From contig JASNZW010000006.1 in the NCBI GenBank assembly GCA_048499435.1, forward strand, positions 103,942-167,941: a DNA stretch of 64,000 bases, given 5' to 3'. The notes below the pieces were generated by a model. The model was not told the DNA's origin and made no database searches. It saw only the letters and a list, made by a program, of their open reading frames with translations. This document shows positions 9,317-17,693 of the stretch, one piece after another. This DNA is from Anaerolineae bacterium. Lineage in GTDB: Bacteria > Chloroflexota > Anaerolineae > Aggregatilineales > Phototrophicaceae. The position numbers were made by a program, and so were the translations under genes. The stretch's first letter is position 1; each line of letters starts with the position of its first letter.

Positions 9317-10663
9317 GTGAAGCTGCGGCAGGCCCTTAACGTCGCGCGCGGCGAGGTCGTCGCTTTTGTAGGGGCGGGCGGCAAAACATCGGCGCTGCTC
9401 AGCCTGGGGCACGAGCTGGTTGAGGCGGGCTGGCGGGTGATGGCGACGACCACCGCGCAGATCGCCGCGGACCAGCTTGATTTAGTGCCGCAGGTGCTGC
9501 GGGCGGGTATGGGGATGGGCGCGCTGTCGAACGCGCTGGGCGACAGCCGTTTTGTGTTTCTGTACGACACTGTGCGGGCCGGGCTGGTGTACGGGCCTTC
9601 GATGGCGTACATCGCTTATCTGCTGGACGCGGTGGATTCTGATGTGCTGCTGGTGGAGGCCGACACCGCCGCCGGGCTGCCGCTGAAGGCCCCTTACGAG
9701 AATGAACCGCAGATTCCGCCGGAAACGTCGCTGGTCGTGCCGATGGCGTCGCTAGCGGTGCTGGGCCAGGACCTGGACAGCGCGCACGTCTACAACGCGC
9801 AGGCGATTATCGAGCGCTACGGGTTTGCCGAAGGCGCGCGGGTTAAGTCGCCCTGGGTGGCGCAGGTGCTGCGCGACGAAACGCTGGGGCTGCGCGGCGT
9901 CCCGGAACGGGCGCGGGTGGTGGCGCTGCTGAACCAGGTTCCGGCGCAGGGGTATCTGCGCGGGCGCGCCCGGCTGATCGCCCAACTGCTGCTGCGCTCG
10001 CCGCGCGTGCACGGCGTCGCCATTGGCGCGGTGCGCAGCGCTGACCCGATCCACGAGGTGCAGCGGCCTGTTGGCGCGGTGGTGCTGGCGGCGGGTATGT
10101 CGCGGCGCATGGGGCAGCCCAAAGTGCTGCTGCCCTGGGCGGACGGCCGCACGATTATTGACCATATTCTTGAGCAGCTTGTGCTGGCGCGCGTCGATCA
10201 CATTGTGGTGGTGACCGGCCACCGCCACGCGGATGTGGCCGCGCGCGCGGCGGCGCTGGACGTGCCGGTGGCGTTTAACCCCCATTACACGGACGGCGAG
10301 ATGCTGTCGTCGCTCAAGGCCGGGCTGAACGCGCTGCCACCGCACACCGCCGCCGCACTGGTGGTGCTGGGCGACCAGCCGCGCATTCAGCCGCGCGTGG
10401 TCAGCCAGGTGCTGATGGCCTACGCGGAGGGGCGGGGGGGCATTATCGCGCCTAGCTACCAGATGAAGCGCGGGCACCCGATCCTGATTGACCGCCGCTT
10501 CTGGCCAGAGCTGCTGGCGCTGCCGCCCGACGGCTCGCTGCGGGCGCTGCTGAACACCCACGCCGATAAGATCGGCTATGTTACGGTGGACACAGACAGC
10601 GTGCTGCGCGATGTGGACACGCCGGACGACTATGCCCAGGAACGGCGGCGCGCCGGGTTGTAA
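9317..10663 (+). CDS. fusion protein: YqeC-family accessory domain + MocA-type molybdenum cofactor cytidylyltransferase
   Basis: 448 aa, GTG start. The N-terminal half has VVAFVGAGGKTSALLSLG, VLLVEADTAAGLPLKAPYENEPQIP and ALLNQV (YqeC pattern). The C-terminal half has AVVLAAGMSRRMGQPKVLLPW and VVLGDQP (MobA/MocA NTP-transferase pattern). Confidence 0.8.
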   Translation: MKLRQALNVARGEVVAFVGAGGKTSALLSLGHELVEAGWRVMATTTAQIAADQLDLVPQVLRAGMGMGALSNALGDSRFVFLYDTVRAGLVYGPSMAYIAYLLDAVDSDVLLVEADTAAGLPLKAPYENEPQIPPETSLVVPMASLAVLGQDLDSAHVYNAQAIIERYGFAEGARVKSPWVAQVLRDETLGLRGVPERARVVALLNQVPAQGYLRGRARLIAQLLLRSPRVHGVAIGAVRSADPIHEVQRPVGAVVLAAGMSRRMGQPKVLLPWADGRTIIDHILEQLVLARVDHIVVVTGHRHADVAARAAALDVPVAFNPHYTDGEMLSSLKAGLNALPPHTAAALVVLGDQPRIQPRVVSQVLMAYAEGRGGIIAPSYQMKRGHPILIDRRFWPELLALPPDGSLRALLNTHADKIGYVTVDTDSVLRDVDTPDDYAQERRRAGL

Positions 10664-10735
10664 GGGCGGCTGGGCGCTGGACTGCGGTATAATGTAGTTC
10701 TCAATAAACGGCAGCCGACGCGCGAAAGGGAAAAA

Positions 10736-11578
10736 ATGTCCTATACGCAGAGCGATTATGACCGGGCGCTTGAGGCGATCCGGTCGCGTGTTACGCTGGA
10801 GCCGACGGTCGGGCTGGTGCTTGGCTCCGGGCTGGGCGGGCTGGCCGACACGCTGGCGGACCGCGTGGCGATCCCTGGCGATGTTATCCCCGGTTGGCCG
10901 GTTTCCACCGTCGAGGGACACAGCGGCCAGCTTGTTTTCGGGCGGCTGGAAGGGCAGACGGTCGTGGCGCAGCAGGGGCGGGCGCACTTCTACGAAGGGT
11001 ACACGCTCCAGCAGGTGACGTTTCCGATCCGCGTGATGCAGCGCATGGGCGTGCAAACGCTGATTTTAACCAACGCCGCTGGCGGGCTGAACCCGGCTTA
11101 CGCGGTGGGCGACGTGATGCTGCTGAGCGACCACATCAACTTTGTTGGGATGGCCGGCAACAACCCGCTGGTCGGCCCGAATGACGCGGCGTTCGGGCCG
11201 CGTTTCGTGGGGATGGCGCAGACCTACGACGCGCGGCTGCGGCAGTTGGCGCGCGCGGCGGCGGAGGCCGACAAAATCCCGCTGCACGAGGGCGTCTATA
11301 TGTGCCTGTCCGGGCCGACGTTTGAGACCCCGGCTGAAATACGGATGCTGCGCCTGCTGGGGGCGGACGCGGTGGGTATGTCAACGGCGCATGAGGTGGT
11401 TGTCGCGCGGCACGCGGGCATGCAGGTGCTGGCGTGTTCCGGCATCACCAACCAGACGATTGATGTGGTTGACTCCGACCGCGAAGTAAACCACCAGGAA
11501 GTGCTGGACGCGGGCGAGGTGCTGGTCCCGCGCCTGACAGCGATAGTGCGGGGGGTGCTGCGCGCGCTGGCGAAATGA
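10736..11578 (+). CDS. punA: purine nucleoside phosphorylase (trimeric PNP/MTAP family)
   Basis: 280 aa. LGSGLGGLAD, VEGHSGQLVFGRLEGQ, GRAHFYEGY, LILTNAAGGLN, GPTFETPAE and GMSTAHEV. A TATAAT box at 10688-10693 lies upstream. Confidence 0.88.
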   Translation: MSYTQSDYDRALEAIRSRVTLEPTVGLVLGSGLGGLADTLADRVAIPGDVIPGWPVSTVEGHSGQLVFGRLEGQTVVAQQGRAHFYEGYTLQQVTFPIRVMQRMGVQTLILTNAAGGLNPAYAVGDVMLLSDHINFVGMAGNNPLVGPNDAAFGPRFVGMAQTYDARLRQLARAAAEADKIPLHEGVYMCLSGPTFETPAEIRMLRLLGADAVGMSTAHEVVVARHAGMQVLACSGITNQTIDVVDSDREVNHQEVLDAGEVLVPRLTAIVRGVLRALAK

Positions 11579-12369
11579 CCACGCTGGTGTTTTTTGTCGA
11601 GCAGATCGCCGCTGGTCTGTACATTCTGATCGCGCTGGGGCTGCTGCTGACGTGGCGGCGGCTGATGGCGGCCAGGCACGCTTACCGCGCCACGCACTTC
11701 GAGCTTGAGCGCGACCTGGCGCGCGACCGCCGCGCCAACGCTCTGACGACGCTGGTGCTGCTGGCGGAGGCGGGGTTGATTGTGCTGGGGATTCAGCAGG
11801 TGGTTGCGCCAGCTATTCGCGCCAGCGCCAACATCGAGCAGACGGTGGCCCAGGTGACCGAGGACGGCGTGTTTAACACGCCGACGCCGTTTCGCGCCGC
11901 TGACGCGCAGATTGACCCCAGCGGCGTGAACCTGACGCCGGACGACCCGGCGGCGCGCGTGCTGGCGACGCCCACGCTGACGCCGACGCCGGTCGGCACG
12001 ATTATGCCCAACGCGCCGCCCGTCGTGGGCTGCGACACCCCCGGCGCGCTGCTCCAGGTCCCGGCTAACGGTATGGTCGTGTTCGAGACGATTCGCGTGA
12101 TCGGCGCGGCTGATATGCCCGATTTCGCCTTCTACCGCTTTGAGCTGAACGGCCCGCCCACCTTCGGCAGCTTCGCCCCACTGGAAACCTACACGCAGCC
12201 AGCCGCGCAGATCAGCGACTTAGGCCAGTTCGTGCCGGCCTTTTACCCGCCCGGCGAATACCAGTTTCGCCTGACGGTGTTCGACATCACCAACACACTG
12301 GGGCCGTCGTGCACGGTCAACATTTACATTCGGGAGCCGATCCCGACGCCGACGCCGCTGGGATCGTGA
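11575..12369 (+). CDS. membrane-anchored hypothetical protein with a C-terminal beta-rich (Ig-like?) domain
   Basis: 264 aa. ATGA overlap with the PNP stop. Two N-terminal hydrophobic helices and coding-like composition. No recognisable catalytic motif. Confidence 0.6.
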   Translation: MTTLVFFVEQIAAGLYILIALGLLLTWRRLMAARHAYRATHFELERDLARDRRANALTTLVLLAEAGLIVLGIQQVVAPAIRASANIEQTVAQVTEDGVFNTPTPFRAADAQIDPSGVNLTPDDPAARVLATPTLTPTPVGTIMPNAPPVVGCDTPGALLQVPANGMVVFETIRVIGAADMPDFAFYRFELNGPPTFGSFAPLETYTQPAAQISDLGQFVPAFYPPGEYQFRLTVFDITNTLGPSCTVNIYIREPIPTPTPLGS

Positions 12370-12376
12370 GCGCGCT

Positions 12377-13243
12377 GTGGTCACTGACCGGCCTTCACTG
12401 GCGATTATCGGCGCGGGGCGCGTGGGGACGGCGCTGGCCACCGGCCTGCGCGCGGCGGGCTATCGCGTGGCGGGCGTTTACAGCCGCACGCCAGCCAGCG
12501 CGGACACGCTGGCGCGATATGTCGGCGCGGCGGCCTGCGCCAGCGCGGCGGAGGCGGCGCTGGCCGCTGACCTGATTCTGCTCACCGTGCCTGACGATGC
12601 GATCAGCGCGGCGGCGGCGGCGCTGGCGGGCGCTGACCTGCGCGGCAAAGGCGTGCTTCACGCATCCGGCGGGCTGGACGCGGGACCGCTGGCGGCGCTG
12701 GCGGCGGCGGGGGCGCTGGTCGGCAGCCTGCACCCGGCGTTTCCATTCGCGACGCGGGCCGCCGACGTGCCGCTGGCGGGGGTGACGTTCGCCGTTGAAG
12801 CGGAGGACGCTCGGCTGCGCGGCTGGCTGCTGGCGATGGTGGCGGCGCTGGGCGGGCGCGCGCTGCTGATCCCGCCGGGCGGCAAGGCCGTCTATCACGC
12901 GGCGCTGGTGCTGGTGAGCAATTACACGGTGACGCTGTACGCGCTGGGGATGCGGCTGCTGGCCGGGCTGGGCGCTGATCCCGCCGCCGCCGCCCAGGCG
13001 CTGGACGCGCTGCTGGCGGGCACAACGGCTAATCTGCGCGCGCTGGGCGTGCCTGACGCCCTGACCGGCCCGCTGGTGCGCGCTGACCAGGGCACAATAG
13101 CGGCGCACCTTGAAGCGCTGGCCCGGACAGACCCGGAAGCAGCGCAGGCATACCGCCTGCTGGGGCGGCTGACGCTGCCGCTGGCGCAGGCGCGCGGGGT
13201 GGACACAGCGCCAGTGGCAGCGCTGCTGGCAGAGGAAGGATAA
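12377..13243 (+). CDS. Rossmann-fold + DUF2520-type oxidoreductase (candidate ketopantoate reductase)
   Basis: 288 aa, GTG start. LAIIGAGRVGTALA dinucleotide fold. C-terminal ..TGPLVRADQGTIAAHLEAL.. pattern as in DUF2520 proteins. Sits directly upstream of panB-panC. Confidence 0.7.
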   Translation: MVTDRPSLAIIGAGRVGTALATGLRAAGYRVAGVYSRTPASADTLARYVGAAACASAAEAALAADLILLTVPDDAISAAAAALAGADLRGKGVLHASGGLDAGPLAALAAAGALVGSLHPAFPFATRAADVPLAGVTFAVEAEDARLRGWLLAMVAALGGRALLIPPGGKAVYHAALVLVSNYTVTLYALGMRLLAGLGADPAAAAQALDALLAGTTANLRALGVPDALTGPLVRADQGTIAAHLEALARTDPEAAQAYRLLGRLTLPLAQARGVDTAPVAALLAEEG

Positions 13244-13248
13244 ACGAA

Positions 13249-14103
13249 ATGCGGCTCACGATACGCGATTTGCAGAGGATGAAGGCCAGCGGCGAGCGCA
13301 TCGCCATGCTGACGGCCTACGACGCGACCAGCGCCCGCCTGAGCGAGGCCGCCGGCGTGCCGGCGCTGCTGGTGGGCGATTCGCTGGGGATGGTGATCCA
13401 GGGGCACGACAGCACTATCCCGGTGACGCTGGAACAGATGATTTACCACGCGAGCATTGTCACGCGCGTGACACAGCGCCCGCTGGTGGTGGGCGATCTG
13501 CCGTTTATGACCTACGGCATCAGCCCGGAGCAGGCGCTCGCCAGCGCGGCGCGGCTGATGCAGGAAGCGGGCGTCGGCGCGGTCAAGCTGGAGGGCGGCG
13601 CGTTTATCGCGCCGGCGATCGCGCGGCTGACGGAGAACGGAATCCCGGTGATGGCGCACCTGGGGCTGACGCCGCAGAGCGTCAACCAGTTTGGCGGCTA
13701 CCGCGTGCAGGGGCGCGACGTGGACGCGGCGCAGCGCCTGCTGCGCGACGCCGAGGCGGTGCAGGACGCGGGCGCGTTCGCGGTGGTGCTGGAGCTGGTC
13801 ACGACGCCGGTCGCGCAGATGGTGACTGAGCGCCTGCGCATCCCGACGATTGGCATCGGGGCCGGGCCAGGCTGTGACGGACAGGTGCAGGTGTTCCACG
13901 ATATCCTGGCGCTGTACGACGCGCTGATGCCGCGTCACAGCAAACCCTATGCCCAGGCCGGCGAGGTTATCAGGCAGGGCATCGCGGAGTATGTGCGCGA
14001 GGTGCAGACCGGCGCTTTCCCGACGGCGGCGCACAGCTTCGCGATGCCGGACGAGGCCGCCGCGGCGCTGCACGCGGAGGCGCAGCCGCATGCAGACAGT
14101 TGA
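13249..14103 (+). CDS. panB: 3-methyl-2-oxobutanoate hydroxymethyltransferase
   Basis: 284 aa. MLTAYD, VGDSLGMVIQGH, VKLEGG and GIGAGP motifs. Confidence 0.93.
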   Translation: MRLTIRDLQRMKASGERIAMLTAYDATSARLSEAAGVPALLVGDSLGMVIQGHDSTIPVTLEQMIYHASIVTRVTQRPLVVGDLPFMTYGISPEQALASAARLMQEAGVGAVKLEGGAFIAPAIARLTENGIPVMAHLGLTPQSVNQFGGYRVQGRDVDAAQRLLRDAEAVQDAGAFAVVLELVTTPVAQMVTERLRIPTIGIGAGPGCDGQVQVFHDILALYDALMPRHSKPYAQAGEVIRQGIAEYVREVQTGAFPTAAHSFAMPDEAAAALHAEAQPHADS

Positions 14104-14935
14104 TACAGTCGCGGCGCTGCGCGCCGCGCGCGCGCAGCTCACAGGCGCGGTGGGCCTGGTTCCCACGATGGGCGCGCTGCACGCCGGGCATCTGTCGCTG
14201 GTGGCGCGGGCGCGCGCCGAGAACAGCGCGGTCATCGCGACGATCTTTGTCAACCCGCTTCAGTTTGGGCCGGCGGAGGACCTGGCCGCTTACCCGCGTG
14301 ACCTGCCGGGCGATCTCGCGCTGCTGGAGCAGGCGGGTGTGGACCTGGTTTTTACGCCCACGCCCGGCCTGATGTACCCGCCGGACTTCCAGACGCAGGT
14401 TGAGGTGACGCGGGTCGCGCAGGGTTTGGAAGGCGCGCACCGGCCCGGCCATTTCCAGGGGGTGGCGACGGTGGTCACCAAGCTCTTTAACCTGACGCAG
14501 CCCCAGCGCGCGTACTTCGGCCAGAAGGACGCGCAGCAGGCGGCGGTTATCCGGCAGATGGCGCGCGACCTGAATTTTCCGCTGGATGTGGTGGTGTGCC
14601 CGACTGTGCGCGACAGCGACGGCCTGGCGCTGAGTTCGCGCAACGCCTATCTGACGCCGGAGCAGCGGCAGGCCGCGCCGGTGCTGTACCGCGCGCTGCG
14701 CGCCGCCGCGACGGCTTACGCCGCCGGCGAACGCGACGCTGAGGCGCTGCGCCAGGCGATGCGCGCGGCGCTGGCGGCGGAGCCGCTGGCCCAGCCGGAG
14801 TATGTGTCGGCGGCGGACGCGGCGACGCTGGCTGAATGCGACGGCCCGCTGCCCGCGCAGACGCTGCTGTCGCTGGCGGTGCGCATCGGGCGCACGCGGC
14901 TGATTGATAACTGGCTGCTGCCCACTGTTGAGTGA
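14090..14935 (+). CDS. panC: pantoate--beta-alanine ligase
   Basis: Internal ATG at 14090 of the 13949 ORF gives MQTVDTVAALR... Motifs VPTMGALHAGHLSL, FVNPLQF and LSSRN. 14-nt overlap with panB. The longer N-terminus is Arg-rich out-of-context sequence. Confidence 0.9.
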   Translation: MQTVDTVAALRAARAQLTGAVGLVPTMGALHAGHLSLVARARAENSAVIATIFVNPLQFGPAEDLAAYPRDLPGDLALLEQAGVDLVFTPTPGLMYPPDFQTQVEVTRVAQGLEGAHRPGHFQGVATVVTKLFNLTQPQRAYFGQKDAQQAAVIRQMARDLNFPLDVVVCPTVRDSDGLALSSRNAYLTPEQRQAAPVLYRALRAAATAYAAGERDAEALRQAMRAALAAEPLAQPEYVSAADAATLAECDGPLPAQTLLSLAVRIGRTRLIDNWLLPTVE

Positions 14936-15024
14936 GACTGTAAGCCGGCTCTCAGTCGGCGTTAACGCATTTTTGATGGGTGTGTGGTGCAATCAGGGTG
15001 ATACTTTAACAGGGCAGGAAACCG

Positions 15025-15768
15025 ATGTTCGTCTTCGACTCAAACTATCTACTGCTGGTGCTGCTGCCGACGCTGGTTATCTCGCTGCTGTCGCAGATGT
15101 TTGTGCGGTCAGCGTTCAGCAAATGGGGGCAGGTGCGCAACAGCAGCGGGCTGACCGGCGCTGAAGTCGCGCGGCAGATCATGACGAAAACGGCGCTGGG
15201 GCGCGGCAGCGTGCGCTTCGCCGGCGAGCGCGAGCAGCAGGCCGCCGGCGCTTACGGCATCCGCCTGGAGCGCGTCAGCGGGCAGTTCACCGATCACTAC
15301 GACCCGGCGTCGCATACCGTTCGCATGTCCGACTCGACGGCGAACCAGCCTTCGGTGGCGGCGATGGCGGTTGTGGCGCACGAGCTGGGCCACGCGCAGC
15401 AGCATGAGGAAAATTCGCTGCTGATTCAACTGCGGTCGTTCCTTGTGCCGGCGGTGCGCTTCAGCCCGACGGCGTCTTACCTGCTGATTATGGCGGGGTT
15501 TTTCTTCGCCGTTACTGAGTTGCTGTGGCTGGGCATCATCTTCTTCGGCGTGACGGTGGTGTTCATGCTGCTGACGCTGCCGGTGGAGTTCGACGCCAGC
15601 CGGCGCGGCCTGATTCTGCTGCGCGAAAGCGGCCTGATGCAAACGGCGGACGATCAGGGCGGCTCGCGGCAGGTGCTGACGGCGGCGGCGCTGACGTATG
15701 TCGCGGCGGCGGTGACGGCCGTGCTGCAGCTGCTGTATTACATCAGCCTGGCGCAGCGGCGGCGCTGA
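15025..15768 (+). CDS. membrane zinc metallopeptidase (Zn_peptidase_2 family)
   Basis: 247 aa. N-terminal TM helix, HELGHAQQ zinc motif and C-terminal TM helices. Confidence 0.8.
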   Translation: MFVFDSNYLLLVLLPTLVISLLSQMFVRSAFSKWGQVRNSSGLTGAEVARQIMTKTALGRGSVRFAGEREQQAAGAYGIRLERVSGQFTDHYDPASHTVRMSDSTANQPSVAAMAVVAHELGHAQQHEENSLLIQLRSFLVPAVRFSPTASYLLIMAGFFFAVTELLWLGIIFFGVTVVFMLLTLPVEFDASRRGLILLRESGLMQTADDQGGSRQVLTAAALTYVAAAVTAVLQLLYYISLAQRRR

Positions 15769-15833
15769 CGCGCGCCCCAACACAGCGGCGGTTCACAGCG
15801 CCCGGCGCAGCAAGGCCGGGCGCTGCTGTTTTA

Positions 15834-17000
15834 TCAGCCGGTCTGGGCGTCGTCATCGTCATCGTCGTCGTCATCGTTGTCGTGATCGTCGTCATCATCG
15901 TCGTGGTCGTCGTCATGGTCACCCTGGCCGGGGGTTTCCACAGCGGCGCTGCCGGCAGGCTGCCGCGGCAGGAAAAGCTGCTGGTTGATGGCGATGCGCG
16001 CGGCGTCCTCGATACAGTTGACGCGCATCAGCTCGCTGACGGTCGTGCCGGTGGCCGCCGCCAGCCCGGAGAGCGTTTCGCCTACGCGCACCCGGCGGCT
16101 GACCCAGCCGTCCGGCTGCTCTGGCGTACAGGCCGCGCCCGCCGCGGGCGACGACGTTGCAGTCGGCAGCCGCGTGGATGCGGTGGTAGGCAGCGGTGTG
16201 GGCGACGGCGTGGCGGTGGACAGTGCGCTCGGCGTTGGCGACGGCGTCGCGGTGAGCGTAGGGGTCGGCGTTGGCGATGGCGTGGCTGATGGCGTTGTCG
16301 TCGGCGTGACTGTCGGGACCAGCGGCGGTTCCGCGTCGCGCTCAAGCAGGCGGATGGCCGCCGCCGTCAGGATGCCAGCGGCGGAGGTGAAGCCGCTGAC
16401 CTCAACGCGGTCGCCGGGGCGGGGTTCGTTCGCGCCGGGTGTGCCGGGGGGGACGCGCAGCGGCAGGCCCGCCACCAGCCAATCGCTGCCGCTGGCGGCT
16501 TGCAGGATGCCGGTGAAAACGACGTCGGCGGGCCGCTGCCGCGCCAGCAGTTCCTCAATCTCGCTGACGCGGCGGGCGGCGAAGGTCTGCGGCAGCTCCG
16601 GGCTGCTGCTGATGGCCAGCGCCAGCGTTTCGGTCAGGCGCTTGAAACCGTATAGCGAGTCGCCGGGGATGGCCGACTGCGCCGCGACGCCCATGCCCAA
16701 CCCGGCCAGCGCGACCAGCGCCAGCGCCGCCGCGATCTGCGCCAGCCGCTGGAACGCGAACGGGGCTGGCCGGCGGCGGCGCGCGGCGGCGGCCTCCACG
16801 CGGGCGCGGACGCGATCGCGCGCGTAGTTGACCTCACCCGGCGGCGGAAGCTGGCGCTGCACCAGCGCGCCGGCTTCAAGCATGGGCCGCAGGTCAGCGG
16901 CGAACTGGGGGTAGCGGCGCAGGGCCTCGTCAACGGATGCGCCGGCGGCGACCGCTTCGAGACAGTCGTTAAAGGCTTCGACGAGCAGCGGGTCAGTCAT
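15834..17000 (-). CDS. anti-sigma factor-like membrane protein with a Thr/Pro linker, LysM domain and poly-Asp/His C-terminal tail
   Basis: 388 aa. 8-nt overlap with the upstream ECF sigma gene. Single TM helix (IAAALALVALAGLGMGVAA). YGFKRLTE periplasmic domain. LysM-like RVRVGETLSGLAAATGTTVSELMRVN. Tail GDHDDDHDDDDDDHDNDDDDDDDDDAQTG. Confidence 0.75.
   Translation of the reverse strand: MTDPLLVEAFNDCLEAVAAGASVDEALRRYPQFAADLRPMLEAGALVQRQLPPPGEVNYARDRVRARVEAAAARRRRPAPFAFQRLAQIAAALALVALAGLGMGVAAQSAIPGDSLYGFKRLTETLALAISSSPELPQTFAARRVSEIEELLARQRPADVVFTGILQAASGSDWLVAGLPLRVPPGTPGANEPRPGDRVEVSGFTSAAGILTAAAIRLLERDAEPPLVPTVTPTTTPSATPSPTPTPTLTATPSPTPSALSTATPSPTPLPTTASTRLPTATSSPAAGAACTPEQPDGWVSRRVRVGETLSGLAAATGTTVSELMRVNCIEDAARIAINQQLFLPRQPAGSAAVETPGQGDHDDDHDDDDDDHDNDDDDDDDDDAQTG
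15849..15920 (-). repeat. imperfect (GAC/GAT/CAC)n trinucleotide repeat encoding the Asp/His tail
   Basis: 24 consecutive codons that are GAC/GAT (Asp), CAC/CAT (His) or one AAC (Asn), read directly from the minus strand. Confidence 0.9.
16150..16325 (-). repeat. low-complexity Thr/Pro/Ser/Ala linker-coding region
   Basis: Encodes ..PTVTPTTTPSATPSPTPTPTLTATPSPTPSALSTATPSPTPLPTT.. Confidence 0.7.
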
Positions 17001-17574
17001 AGTCTGTTTCCAGGCGCAGCTCGCCGATGGCCTGTCTGAGGGTGTTCACGGCCCGAAACTGGAGGGACTTGATCGCGCTCACGCTGCGCCCCATGATGTC
17101 TGCTGTCTCCTGGAGGTTAAGCGCCTGGCCGAAGCGCAGAATCAGCACCTCCTGCTGATCGGCGGGAAGGCGGCGCAGCGCCGCGCGGCTGTGTTCCACA
17201 TTCAGGCGGCGGATGACTTCGGCCTCTGGGTCAGACGCGCTGCCGGCCGGAATCCATTCTTCAAGGGTGGCGCTGGGAAACTGGCGATGCCGCCCGTAAT
17301 AGTCGTTGACTTTGTTGCGGGCGACCCGGAACAGCCAGCCGCGCAGGCTGACGCGCGGCGCGCTGCGCCCGCCCAGCGACTCCACAAAGCGCACGAACAC
17401 GTCGCTGGCCAGGTCCTCAGCGGCGGCGCGGTCCTCGACGCGCAGGCGCAGGAACTGGTAGATAGGCGGGAAATAGCGGTCGTAGATTTCCATGATGGCT
17501 TCCTGGCTGCCCGCGCGCGCCTGGGCCAGTAGCCGGTCCTCTGCTGATAAATCGGGCAGGATAAGAGCAATCAT
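16993..17574 (-). CDS. ECF-type RNA polymerase sigma-70 family factor
   Basis: 193 aa. Region 2 (YDRYFPPIYQFLRLRV..AEDLASDVFVRF) and region 4 HTH (LNLQETADIMGRSVSAIKSLQFRAVNTLR). Confidence 0.88.
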   Translation of the reverse strand: MIALILPDLSAEDRLLAQARAGSQEAIMEIYDRYFPPIYQFLRLRVEDRAAAEDLASDVFVRFVESLGGRSAPRVSLRGWLFRVARNKVNDYYGRHRQFPSATLEEWIPAGSASDPEAEVIRRLNVEHSRAALRRLPADQQEVLILRFGQALNLQETADIMGRSVSAIKSLQFRAVNTLRQAIGELRLETDYD

Positions 17575-17693
17575 TGCAGTCCATTCGCTGCATTGGCCGG
17601 CTGCAGGCTGCGCGTCTCTGCCGCGCAGCGTACAGCGCAGTTACGCTATAACGACGGCAGTTTTAACAAAAAGTTGCGCTTGCCGCACAGATT

